A stretch of 64,000 nt of DNA from contig OZ242260.1 in assembly GCA_965207065.1 (NCBI GenBank), forward strand, positions 4,384,001 to 4,448,000, given 5' to 3'. Positions 1-9,201 of this stretch are shown in pieces (positions within the stretch are counted from its first letter, which is position 1; each line of letters begins with the position of its first letter). A model generated the notes under the pieces. That model ran no database searches. It was not told the origin of the DNA and saw only the letters and a list, made by a program, of their open reading frames with translations. A program made the translations under genes and the position numbers. The stretch is from a bacterium. Its GTDB lineage: Bacteria > UBA8248.

Positions 1-919
1 CGTACGGAATTTCTCCCGTGGCCGCTCCCACGGGAATCACGCCGCATCCCATCGCCTCAATCAGCACCCGGCCGAACTGCTCTCTCCAGTGCGCGGTCGT
101 TCTCGATGGAAGCGCCAGCGCATGCCACCCCCGCAAATATCCGGGGACGTCAGAGTAATCGACCCAGCCGACGAATTCCACACGTTTCTCAATTCCGAGG
201 GCTCGCGCCAGCCGCTTAAGCGTTTCACGCTCAGCCCCATCCCCCACGATCTGCGCTCTCCATTCTCCCGATAGTCCCGCAAGCGCTCTCAGGAGAACGT
301 CTACGCCTTTCGAATGAACGAGCCTCCCCAGGTACCCTACGCTGAACACATCGCCGCGCTCACTCATTTCAGGGGGACGAAAAAGATCCGGATCCAGTCC
401 AAACTGGGGTAGCGTCCGCACTTTTTCCGGCTGCGCGCCGAGGCGCAACAACCTTTCCCTGGCGGTACGGGCAAAGACCAAAAGCGCGTCCGCGCGGCGA
501 CAAACGACCTTTTCAATCTTCCGAGAGCGCCAGGGGAGAGCGATGTCGAAATTCTCCGAATTGTTGACCATGAACTTCGGACGCGCTCTAAGCATAGAGA
601 GGCAAAGCAACACCTGGGCTGCGGCGAAACTGTATGACTCCTCTTCCATGTGAACAATATCGGGTTGCGCTTCCTTAAGCGCCTTCCATAGTCCACTGCC
701 GTAGATGTGACCGCCCACCCTGCCGTTGAAAATCAGAGAACCGGTGAAAATCCTGTAGTCCTCTTCCTCGCCTTCTCGGCAAGTGAGCAACCGCACGCCT
801 TCTCTCCACTCCGCAGGTACGAGCAGAGAAACTTCTAATCTAGGCTGCCGGGCGAGCGCGGCGATCTTCGCCCGATAAACCGGTGACGCGCAGAAACGGG
901 AAATGACAATAACGCGCAT
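1..919 (-). CDS. Glycosyltransferase family 4 (GT-B); 3' end runs off the window start
   Basis: Own translation of the minus strand from ATG 919: MRVIVISRFCASPVYRAK...PDIVHMEEE..., and near the window edge the GT4 motif LPSRTT..WREQFGRVLIEAMGCG. Absent from the ORF track because no stop lies in the window. Confidence 0.85.
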   Translation of the reverse strand, partial: MRVIVISRFCASPVYRAKIAALARQPRLEVSLLVPAEWREGVRLLTCREGEEEDYRIFTGSLIFNGRVGGHIYGSGLWKALKEAQPDIVHMEEESYSFAAAQVLLCLSMLRARPKFMVNNSENFDIALPWRSRKIEKVVCRRADALLVFARTARERLLRLGAQPEKVRTLPQFGLDPDLFRPPEMSERGDVFSVGYLGRLVHSKGVDVLLRALAGLSGEWRAQIVGDGAERETLKRLARALGIEKRVEFVGWVDYSDVPGYLRGWHALALPSRTTAHWREQFGRVLIEAMGCGVIPVGAATGEIPY

Positions 920-1168
920 GATGACCAATCCATGTTGATAGCGCATGCCTCGCGTCACGCCCGCTACCTAACTGCCATATTTCGAAAACCCTGGAATTTC
1001 CTTTTGCTCTAATTTCAGAAAATTAGTGGGTCCTATGAGCGCAGATATACCAGTAAAACGGCCTCTCAAGAAAAGCGCAAGACGTATGCGGCACTTTTGA
1101 GGCAATCAAGTCTCTCGCTTAAAATCATCCAAACGCCACGCCGGTTGACTCTGCCTTTCCATCCATCC

Positions 1169-1945
1169 TCACGACAGGCGCACAAATGCGCCTTCGACGA
1201 CCCCGCTCAACCAGGAAACGGGAGGAATTCTCGATAGCAGGGCCTCCGTACCCAACCACAGGCGTGGATGCGCTCCCAGCAATTGCCTGAGTCTTTCCGG
1301 CAAAGGGGTGAAATTCTTCGGCAAGGTGTTCGAATACCATGTCCTGATTGCCCGAAACCCGAACCGGGAAAGGAGGCGACACATTATTATTATAGAATAG
1401 AGCCGGTCGTGAGCGCTCGCCTTGAAAATGTTTCTCGCGATGAACTCCGCATAGCTCCATTCGTTGGGAAGCATCATCACGACGAACAACCCCCCGGGGC
1501 GCAAAATGCGCCGTATTTCCGTGAGTGAGCCGCTCTCGTCTTCCACGTGCTCCAGAACGCCGCAGGACAAAACGACGTCGAACGTCTCATCCTCGAAAGG
1601 AAGCCGAACGGGGTCTTCACCATAAACGACATCGAGTGCATGCTCGCGTAGAAAGGAATTCCAAGGAGAGGGATATTGTGACTCGATGGTATAGGAGACG
1701 ACGTTAAAACCCCGGTTTCTCAGCAAATAAGACATTTGCCCATAGCCGCATCCCCAATCCAGCAATCTGCCGCCATCCAATTTCAGGTCACTCACGATAT
1801 CCGCTTTGCACTGGTAATTGGCGCGTCCCAGCGGCGTGGACAAGTGATTCAGACCGGCGCAGCCTTCGGCCAGCGAACGCTCGACGGCACGGGCGAGGGC
1901 CGCCATCTCTTCGGACTCAGCTCGAGAAGAGCGTTTCTTCCGCAT
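1169..1945 (-). CDS. Class I SAM-dependent methyltransferase
   Basis: LLDWGCGYG motif I; LPFEDETFDVV; VLEHV; LRPGG. Confidence 0.85.
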   Translation of the reverse strand: MRKKRSSRAESEEMAALARAVERSLAEGCAGLNHLSTPLGRANYQCKADIVSDLKLDGGRLLDWGCGYGQMSYLLRNRGFNVVSYTIESQYPSPWNSFLREHALDVVYGEDPVRLPFEDETFDVVLSCGVLEHVEDESGSLTEIRRILRPGGLFVVMMLPNEWSYAEFIARNIFKASAHDRLYSIIIMCRLLSRFGFRAIRTWYSNTLPKNFTPLPERLRQLLGAHPRLWLGTEALLSRIPPVSWLSGVVEGAFVRLS

Positions 1946-2085
1946 GGAGTGTAGATCCTGTTTTTTCGTGGAGGCAAGATTACTCTAACTCCAGGGCCAC
2001 GTGGAACACAATGCTCGCTTGACACGGGGCCGGTGGTGGGAGAACTTCCGAATAACTTGATCTCCACTTATACGAGGGAAACGCC

Positions 2086-2952
2086 ATGAACGATCGTGGT
2101 GCGCGCCTTCGGGCGCTTCTGGAAGAAAACCGACCCGTTCTCGCTCCCGCCTGCATCGACGCTTTCAGCGCGCGCATGGTGGAGCAGGCGGGGTTCGAGG
2201 TGAACTATCTGACGGGCAACGGCGCCTCGGCGGCGCTCCTCGGCAAGCCCGACGTGGGCTTCATGACGCTGCGCGAGGTGGCTGACGTCTGCCGGAACAT
2301 CGTACAAGCCACTTCCATTCCCCTCATCGCGGACGCCGACACCGGCTACGGCAACGCCGTGAACATGATCCGCACCGTCCGCGAACTCGAATCGGCGGGC
2401 GTCGCCTGCATCCAGATCGAGGATCAGATTACCCCAAAAAGGTGCGGCTTCCTGCCCGGCTCGGTACCCGTCATTTCGCTGGAAGAACAACTCGGCAAGC
2501 TCAAGGCGGCACTCGACGCGCGCGAGAGCGAGGATTTCCTCATCCTCGCCCGCACGGACGCAGCCGCCGATCACGGTCTGGATGAGGCGATCCGCCGGGC
2601 CGTCGCCTATAAGGAAGCCGGAGCCGACCTCACCTTTATCGAGGTGGAAGGCACCGAAGAGGAACTCAGAAAAATCGGAGCGGAAGTCCCCCCGCCCCAC
2701 GTCACCACGCTGGATGAATCGAGGCGCGAGGCGGCACTCAGCGTGGATGAACTCGGAGAACTCGGCTTCGGCGTCATCATCTACCCGGGCATCGTGCGCT
2801 GCACGTATCTCAAAGCGGTGAACGACGTGCTGCGCATCTTGAAAGAAGAAGGCTCTACGCGCTCGGCGCGCGACATGATGGCCACATTTCAGGAATACAA
2901 CGACGCCCTGGGCATCTCGGAAATTCAGACGTGGGAGCGCGAATACCTCTAG
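2086..2952 (+). CDS. Isocitrate lyase/PEP mutase superfamily enzyme (PrpB/dimethylmalate lyase-like)
   Basis: DADTGYG, IEDQ..PKRCG and ARTDA motifs. Confidence 0.85.
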   Translation: MNDRGARLRALLEENRPVLAPACIDAFSARMVEQAGFEVNYLTGNGASAALLGKPDVGFMTLREVADVCRNIVQATSIPLIADADTGYGNAVNMIRTVRELESAGVACIQIEDQITPKRCGFLPGSVPVISLEEQLGKLKAALDARESEDFLILARTDAAADHGLDEAIRRAVAYKEAGADLTFIEVEGTEEELRKIGAEVPPPHVTTLDESRREAALSVDELGELGFGVIIYPGIVRCTYLKAVNDVLRILKEEGSTRSARDMMATFQEYNDALGISEIQTWEREYL

Positions 2953-2983
2953 CGCCTCACCGGCGTCATGCAAGGAGCGTAAG

Positions 2984-3283
2984 ATGATCACCGTAGGGAT
3001 GTATTACGAAGTGCTGCCGGGCAAGGAAAAAGAGTTCGAAGAGAAATTCGAGGCCGTGGCCGGCGCCCTCGAAGGTCAGACCGGCCACGTGCAGAGCCTT
3101 TTGTATCAGCAGGTGAAAAACCCGAATTCCTACACCATCCTCTCGGAGTGGGGCTCCCAGGAAGACTTCATGGCCTTCATCAGGAGCGATGCCTTTCGCG
3201 CCGTCACGGACTGGGGAAAGGCGGAGATTTTAGCGGGAAGACCTCGCCACAAGCTCTATGGCCGCGAGGGCGACCTCCACTAG
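2984..3283 (+). CDS. Antibiotic biosynthesis monooxygenase (ABM) family protein
   Basis: 99 aa; YEVLPGKEKEFE...SEWGSQEDF pattern; AAGGAG RBS. Confidence 0.75.
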   Translation: MITVGMYYEVLPGKEKEFEEKFEAVAGALEGQTGHVQSLLYQQVKNPNSYTILSEWGSQEDFMAFIRSDAFRAVTDWGKAEILAGRPRHKLYGREGDLH

Positions 3284-3294
3284 AGGGAAATTGA

Positions 3295-4173
3295 ATGCCG
3301 GATATGCTCCCCTGCCCGCCACCGGACCCCCAACCCAGAGCGCCTCGTTTCAAGCTCCCCCCCGGCGCCTGGGATACCCATGGGCACATCTTCGGCCCCG
3401 AGAGCAAATACGCCTACTCCCCCAAAAGGGGCTACACGCCTCCCGACGCCCTGCTCGATGCGTACGAAACCCTCCACCGGACGCTCGGCGTAGAGGGCGG
3501 CGTTCTCACCCAGCCGAGCGTCTACGGTGTCGACAACACCGCCATGCTCGACGCCATGGCCCACTCGGGCGGGCGGCTCATGGGCGTGGCCTCCGTGGAC
3601 AAGGAGGTGAACGAGGCGGAATTGACGCGCCTCCACGACGCGGGCGTTCGCGGCTTGCGGATCAACCTGGCGGACAAGGGCGGGAATCCCTTCGACTCGT
3701 TCGCAGACGTTCAGGCGATGGGCGAGCGCATCGCGGACATGGGCTGGCACATGGAGTTTCTGATCCACGTGCATGAATTCCCAGAACTCAGGAAAACCTT
3801 CTCCTCCCTGCCCGTCCACAGCGTTTTCGGGCACATGGGATACGTACCGGCGGGCGAGGGTCTGGGCCCTCTCCAGGAATTCATGGACTTGCTCAAAGAA
3901 GGACGAACGTGGGTGAAACTCACGGGCGCCTACCGCATCACGGGCCTCGAGCGGACGCCCTATACAGACGTAGACCTCATCGCCAGCACCCTCATCGAAA
4001 CGGCGCCCGAACGCGTCATATGGGGCACGGACTGGCCGCATCCCGTCTGCAAGATACCGATGCCCAACGACGGCGACTTGCTGGATCAACTGTTCGACTG
4101 GGCGCCTGATGAAAACATCCGCAAAAAGATTCTCGTGGAAAACCCCTTGAAACTGCTCGGGCTTGAAAGATAG
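3295..4173 (+). CDS. Amidohydrolase-2 family, 2-pyrone-4,6-dicarboxylate lactonase (LigI)-like
   Basis: DTHGHIFGP, QPSVYG, GVRGLRIN, WVKLTGAYR and WGTDWPH motifs. Confidence 0.85.
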   Translation: MPDMLPCPPPDPQPRAPRFKLPPGAWDTHGHIFGPESKYAYSPKRGYTPPDALLDAYETLHRTLGVEGGVLTQPSVYGVDNTAMLDAMAHSGGRLMGVASVDKEVNEAELTRLHDAGVRGLRINLADKGGNPFDSFADVQAMGERIADMGWHMEFLIHVHEFPELRKTFSSLPVHSVFGHMGYVPAGEGLGPLQEFMDLLKEGRTWVKLTGAYRITGLERTPYTDVDLIASTLIETAPERVIWGTDWPHPVCKIPMPNDGDLLDQLFDWAPDENIRKKILVENPLKLLGLER

Positions 4174-4181
4174 GAGAGAAA

Positions 4182-5087
4182 ATGGCGCGCAAGGCAACGA
4201 AAAAAATCGCATTCCTGGGTTTGGGCCGCATGGGCGGATTAATGACGAAACACCAGGTCGATGCCGGCTTTCCCGTCACGGGCTACGACCCCGTGCCCAA
4301 AGCCGTCGCGGCGGCCAAGAAAAACGGAGCCAAAACCGCCAGAACCGTCGCAGCGGCGGTGAAGGGCGCCGATGTGGTGTGCAGTTCGCTCCCCTCTCCC
4401 GCCGTCGTCAGAAGCGTATACCTGGGACCCAAGGGCGTGATCGAGACGGCGCGCCGCGGCGCGGTCTGCTTTGAGCTTTCGACGAGCACCGTCAGCCTGG
4501 CGAAGGAGATCGCCGAGGCGGCGAAGAAAAAGGGAATCGCCTTTCTGGACGCGCCCGTGAGCGGGAGCATTCCGCACCTGGAACGCAAGGAAGTCGCCGC
4601 CATCGTGGGCGGAGACCAGGCCGCACTCAAAGAACACCGCGACGTGCTCGACGCCTTCAGCAAATCCATCACCTACATGGGAAAATCCGGAAACGGCCTG
4701 ATCATGAAACTGGTGACCAACCACATCCTGAACATCCAGCATTCCGGCATGGCCGAGGGTCTCGCTTTCGGTATGAAGGCGGGACTGACTGCCCCCAAGA
4801 TGATGAAATTTTTGCAGGGAAGCGTGATTCCCCTGCTCATCCACTACAAGGGTACTACGATGGCGGCGCGCGATTATTCCGACGTCATCGCGAACCTGGG
4901 GATAAGCTTCAAGGATTTGGGACTCAGCATCAACGAGGCGAACGATCTGGGCGCCCCCGTTCCCCTGGGCGCCGCCGCGCGCCAGCAATACACCTCCGCC
5001 ATGGCGTTAGGCCTCGAAGATGCGGATTTCAACGCCGTTTTCGAGTCGTTCCTGAACGCCATGGGCACGAAGCCGAAGAGAAAATAA
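4182..5087 (+). CDS. NAD(P)-dependent beta-hydroxyacid dehydrogenase (3-hydroxyisobutyrate/tartronate semialdehyde reductase family), copy 1
   Basis: FLGLGRMG, FLDAPVSG, MKLVTN (catalytic Lys), KDLG. Confidence 0.88.
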   Translation: MARKATKKIAFLGLGRMGGLMTKHQVDAGFPVTGYDPVPKAVAAAKKNGAKTARTVAAAVKGADVVCSSLPSPAVVRSVYLGPKGVIETARRGAVCFELSTSTVSLAKEIAEAAKKKGIAFLDAPVSGSIPHLERKEVAAIVGGDQAALKEHRDVLDAFSKSITYMGKSGNGLIMKLVTNHILNIQHSGMAEGLAFGMKAGLTAPKMMKFLQGSVIPLLIHYKGTTMAARDYSDVIANLGISFKDLGLSINEANDLGAPVPLGAAARQQYTSAMALGLEDADFNAVFESFLNAMGTKPKRK

Positions 5088-5216
5088 TTTTACAGGGGCA
5101 AGCGGAGGTAGGCGCTCGCGTCCGAAGACGCCTCATTCGATTTTTGAGAGAAGGCCCCAACGTTCTCAACCATTATCGTAGAACGATGGCGCAAGAAACT
5201 TCAGGAGTCTGAAGGT

Positions 5217-6122
5217 ATGGCGCGCAAGGCAAAGAAGAAGATCGCATTTCTCGGCCTGGGCCGCATGGGCGGACTGATGGCGAAACACCTGGTTGACGCT
5301 GGCTTCGACGTCACCGGTTACGACCCTGAACCAAAGGCCGTCGCGACGGCAAAGAGGAACGGCGCGAAAATCGCGAAAACAGTTGCGGCGACCGTCACAG
5401 GCGCGGAAGTGGTGTGCAGTTCGCTTCCCAAAACCGATATCGTGAGGAACGTCTACCTGGGCAAAGGCGGCGCGCTCAAGGCCATGCGGCGGGGCGCGGT
5501 CTGTTTCGATCTTTCGACGAGCAGCGTCGCCCTGGCGAAAGAGATCGCCGCTGAAGCCAAGAAGAAAGGAATCGCCTTCCTGGACGCTCCCGTGCTCGGA
5601 AGCGTTCCGCACCTGGAGCAAAAGGGAGTCTCTGCCATCGTGGGCGGAGACGAGTCCGCTCTCAAGGAACACCGCGACGTGCTCGACGCTTTCAGCAAGT
5701 CGGTCACCTATATGGGGAAATCCGGAAACGGCCTGCTCATGAAGCTGGTGTCGAACCACATCATCTTTATTCAGCACGCCGGCATGGCCGAAGGCCTGGC
5801 GTTCGGGGTGAAGGCGGGTCTCACGGCCCGGAAAATGATGAAATTCCTGCAAGGGAGCGTGATTCCGGACCTGATCCACTACAAAGGCCCAGAGATGGCG
5901 GCGCGCGATTATTCCAACGTCATCGGGCACCTGGGGCTGAGTTACAAGGATATGGGTATCAGCGTCAACGAGGCGAACGATTTGGGCGTCCCTGTCCCTA
6001 TTGGCGCCGCCGCGCGACAGCAACACACCTCCGCCATGGCGCTCGGTTTCGAGCACGCGGACTTGAACGCGGTTTTCGAGGCTTTCCTGAACGCCATGGG
6101 AATGAAGCCGATGAGAATATAA
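5217..6122 (+). CDS. NAD(P)-dependent beta-hydroxyacid dehydrogenase, copy 2 (close paralog of 4182-5087)
   Basis: Same length (301 aa) as copy 1, with long identical stretches. Confidence 0.88.
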   Translation: MARKAKKKIAFLGLGRMGGLMAKHLVDAGFDVTGYDPEPKAVATAKRNGAKIAKTVAATVTGAEVVCSSLPKTDIVRNVYLGKGGALKAMRRGAVCFDLSTSSVALAKEIAAEAKKKGIAFLDAPVLGSVPHLEQKGVSAIVGGDESALKEHRDVLDAFSKSVTYMGKSGNGLLMKLVSNHIIFIQHAGMAEGLAFGVKAGLTARKMMKFLQGSVIPDLIHYKGPEMAARDYSNVIGHLGLSYKDMGISVNEANDLGVPVPIGAAARQQHTSAMALGFEHADLNAVFEAFLNAMGMKPMRI

Positions 6123-6255
6123 TTTTCATAGGGGCAGTACAGGTATCCCCATACGAGGCGGGAGAAGCCCCTCCTTTTTTTTACGGGATTGGCCTGTCCA
6201 CCGATTCGCAAGCGCGGGCGTCGCGAGACGCCTTATTCAACAGGAGTGATGAGAA

Positions 6256-7134
6256 ATGGCGAAAGTGGTTGCTTTTCTGGGTCTCGGCAACATGGGTTCG
6301 GGCATGTCGGACAATCTGGTGAAGGCGGGTTTCGAAGTCCGGGGCTTCGACCCCGTCCCCGCCGCGCGCGAGCGGGCGGCCTCGGCTGGTCTCGCAGTCT
6401 TCGAGACGGCGGCGGAAGCCGCTACGGGCGCAGAGGTCATCTGCAGTTCGGTGCCCGAAGTCGAGCACGCGATAGAAGCCTATCTGGGTGAGACCGGTGC
6501 GCTCACCACTGCTGCCGATGGCGCGGTCTGCTTCGACCTGTCGACACTGACGGTCGAGGGCAGCCAGGAACTCGCCGGGGAGGCGAAAAAACTAGGCGTC
6601 CAGTTTCTCGACACCCCCGTGAGCGGGAGCGTGCCCCACGCGAGGGCGGGAACCTTGGCCATCATGGTGGGGGGCGATGAAGCTTCGCTCGAGGCCCACC
6701 GCGACGTTCTGGAGGCCTTCAGCGCCTCGATCCACTACTTCGGCGCGAACGGGGCGGGCCTCCAGATGAAGCTGGTGACGAATCACATCTTTGCGATCCA
6801 TATCTCCGCCATCGCCGAGGCGCTGACCATGGGGACGAAGGGGGGCCTGGACCCCGAGCTGATGGTCGAGTTCCTGAAGGCGAGCGTGATCCCGAAAATT
6901 CTCGAGTACAAGGCCTCACCCATGATTGCCAAGAACTACACGCCCACGTTCACGATAAACCTGATGCTCAAGGATCTGCGCATCATCGCTGCGATGGCCG
7001 ACGGCATCGGGACGCCGATCCCGCTGGGGACGATGGCGCGGCAGGTCTATATGAGCGCGGCCGCCCTGGGCCACGGGGACGCGGACCAGAACGCCATTTT
7101 AGAGTTTTTTGAAAAAGGTGCTGGGATGGATTAG
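6256..7134 (+). CDS. NAD(P)-dependent beta-hydroxyacid dehydrogenase, copy 3 (more divergent)
   Basis: FLGLGNMG, FLDTPVSG, MKLVTN, LMLKDL. Confidence 0.88.
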   Translation: MAKVVAFLGLGNMGSGMSDNLVKAGFEVRGFDPVPAARERAASAGLAVFETAAEAATGAEVICSSVPEVEHAIEAYLGETGALTTAADGAVCFDLSTLTVEGSQELAGEAKKLGVQFLDTPVSGSVPHARAGTLAIMVGGDEASLEAHRDVLEAFSASIHYFGANGAGLQMKLVTNHIFAIHISAIAEALTMGTKGGLDPELMVEFLKASVIPKILEYKASPMIAKNYTPTFTINLMLKDLRIIAAMADGIGTPIPLGTMARQVYMSAAALGHGDADQNAILEFFEKGAGMD

Positions 7135-7266
7135 CGCTTCGAGTGAGCGTTTGTCGTGCAGTCGGCTCCAGAGGCTATTGCAAGCGCAGCGCTCTCCCGG
7201 CATGGCGCTTGGGCGAATTCTTCGGGATAATGACTCGATTATCATGTTTGAAGAGATGGACTTGCT

Positions 7267-7291
7267 ATTCTTGAGTAAATTAGTTTAGTAT
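7267..7291. promoter_or_regulatory. Putative Rrf2-family (IscR type-1-like) operator upstream of moeB/moeZ
   Basis: ATTCTTGAGTAAATTAGTTTAGTAT matches 21/25 positions of the IscR type-1 consensus ATASYYGACTRWWWYAGTCRRSTAT (counted by eye), in an AT-rich promoter patch. Confidence 0.4.
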
Positions 7292-7405
7292 TCGAAAGAA
7301 TTATGGACGGGCGCTGCGCGCTCTTTCATTCCGACAACTTACGCGATACGATTCTCCAATCCATATCCCTTTTCAGCGAACGCTGGCAGCAAAGGAGATC
7401 AAGAA

Positions 7406-8605
7406 ATGTCAAAGACAGGACGGGACCTGCTCGAGGCCGCGCGGGGCGATGTTCCTGAGATCACGGCGGAAGAAGTGAAGACCGCTATCGATTCGGGCGC
7501 CGAGGTGGCGCTCATCGACGTGCGCGAACCCGACGAGTTCCGGGGCGGCTACCTGCCGGGCGCCGAGCACGTGAGCCGCGGATTCCTGGAACTCAAGATC
7601 GAACAGGTCGTTCCCGATAGGACGACGCCCATCGTCGCTTACTGCGCGGGCGGCGTGCGCTCGCTGCTCGCGGGCCAGGCGCTGCAATCCATGGGCTATC
7701 AGAACGTGAAATCCATGGCCGGCGGATACGGGAAGTGGAAAGACCTGGCCTTTCCCGTGCAAGTGGACAAGCAGATGAGCGCCGAGCAGTTAAACCGCTA
7801 CAGCCGCCACTTCCTGCTCTCCCAGATCGGGGAAAAAGGCCAGTCCAAACTCCTGGACGCCAAGGTCGTCCTGATAGGCGCGGGAGGTCTGGGCTCTCCC
7901 ACCGGTCTTTACCTGACCGCCATGGGGGTGGGCAACATCGGCATCGTGGACCTGGACGTCGTGGACATGAGCAACCTGCAGCGCCAGATCGTCCACACGA
8001 ACGACCGCGTGGGAATCTCCAAGGTCGAGAGCGCGACAGCTACCCTCACCGCGCTGAACCCGGACGTGAACGTCATCGCGCACGAAGATAGAATCAACCG
8101 CGACAACGCGCTCGACATCCTCAAAGACTACGACGTCATCGTGAACGGGGCGGACAACTTCCCGACGCGCTACCTCGTGAACGACGCGGCGGTATTTCTC
8201 GGGAAACCCATCGTCGACGCCTCCATCTTCAAGTTCGAGGGCCAGGCCACCGTCTATCATCCCGGAGAGGGCGGCCCCTGCTACCGCTGCCTCTACCCCG
8301 AACCGCCGCCACCCGGCATGGTGCCCTCCTGTCAGGACGCAGGCGTGCTCGGCGCGCTTTGCGGCACCATGGGATCCATCCAGGCGACGGAGACGGCCAA
8401 ACTCATCGTTGGCTTCGGCGAACCGCTGATCGGCAAGCTGCTGATGTACGACGCGCTCAAGTCGCAGTTCAGGACGCTCAAGATCAGGCGCGACCCCGCC
8501 TGCCCGGTGTGCGGAGACAGCCCCTCCATCACCGAGCTCATCGACTATGAGTTCTTCTGCGGCCTCACGGAAGCACCCGCCGGCGGCGCCGCCAACGGTC
8601 ATTGA
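7406..8605 (+). CDS. moeB: Rhodanese + ThiF/MoeB sulfur-carrier adenylyltransferase (MoeZ-like)
   Basis: N-terminal rhodanese (IDVREPDE, YCAGGVRS), then RYSRH, GAGGLGSP, SNLQRQ, DNFPTRY, CYRC and CPVC. Confidence 0.92.
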   Translation: MSKTGRDLLEAARGDVPEITAEEVKTAIDSGAEVALIDVREPDEFRGGYLPGAEHVSRGFLELKIEQVVPDRTTPIVAYCAGGVRSLLAGQALQSMGYQNVKSMAGGYGKWKDLAFPVQVDKQMSAEQLNRYSRHFLLSQIGEKGQSKLLDAKVVLIGAGGLGSPTGLYLTAMGVGNIGIVDLDVVDMSNLQRQIVHTNDRVGISKVESATATLTALNPDVNVIAHEDRINRDNALDILKDYDVIVNGADNFPTRYLVNDAAVFLGKPIVDASIFKFEGQATVYHPGEGGPCYRCLYPEPPPPGMVPSCQDAGVLGALCGTMGSIQATETAKLIVGFGEPLIGKLLMYDALKSQFRTLKIRRDPACPVCGDSPSITELIDYEFFCGLTEAPAGGAANGH

Positions 8606-8665
8606 TGGGAACTAAACAGGCCGTCAAGCAGATATAGGGAATCAACGAAAGCCGAACCATAATAC

Positions 8666-8697
8666 ACCCCCGGGGCGAAATGTTCCGGGGGTTTTTC
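8666..8697 (+). terminator. Rho-independent terminator after moeB
   Basis: Stem ACCCCCGGGGC/GTTCCGGGGGT followed by TTTT. Confidence 0.75.
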
Positions 8698-8728
8698 TAA
8701 GTCCTACATGAAAATCAAAAAATATTTC

Positions 8729-8757
8729 TTGCAAAACAATAATTTTTGACTTATAGT
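8729..8757 (+). promoter_or_regulatory. Sigma70-type promoter of the retron-like operon
   Basis: TTGCAA (8729-8734), 17 nt spacer, TATAGT (8752-8757); overlapped by the inverted repeat 8715-8726/8738-8749. Confidence 0.7.
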
Positions 8758-8761
8758 TAGA

Positions 8762-9200
8762 AAAGATGTGGCAGGGTGATTCGCCCTGTATGTTCTTTGA
8801 CAATCCATCTTCGGGTATGGTGTTTAGGCCTACCATCTGACGCCTCTCCAAGCGTTCGTTTTTCTGGGTGCTTGCTCTTGAAATTTAGGCAATGCCTAAA
8901 ATCCAGTGTAAAACTCCGAACACTGTGATTACCCGTTTTATGCAGCCTGAGACATATCGATGCTTCAGCCCTTTCTTGGGGAGCATCGGTTCTTTGGTCA
9001 GTAAGCATTTGAAAATGAAGTATGCATATAACGGGCGTTCGCTCTATTGATGGACATTATAGGCGGGCTAACGAATGAGGGGTCTTAAGGGAGACTCCGC
9101 CAGTTTCTAGTCGAGAACAGAGGAGGTGAACAGATGAAAATAACTTAAGCACCAATAAATTCCGCCCGCCTGATTTATCCACAGAATAGGAAAATAAAAA
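8762..9200 (+). ncRNA. Putative retron msr-msd / structured leader RNA
   Basis: No credible long ORF; dense hairpins; inverted repeats 8932-8944/9023-9035 and 9061-9068/9164-9171; directly upstream of a retron-type RT operon. Confidence 0.6.
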
Positions 9201-9201
9201 A

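Noticed and set aside
8757-9008. 83-aa minus-strand ORF in the retron leader
   Set aside because: No RBS or domain, antisense to a promoter-driven structured region; better explained as non-coding RNA
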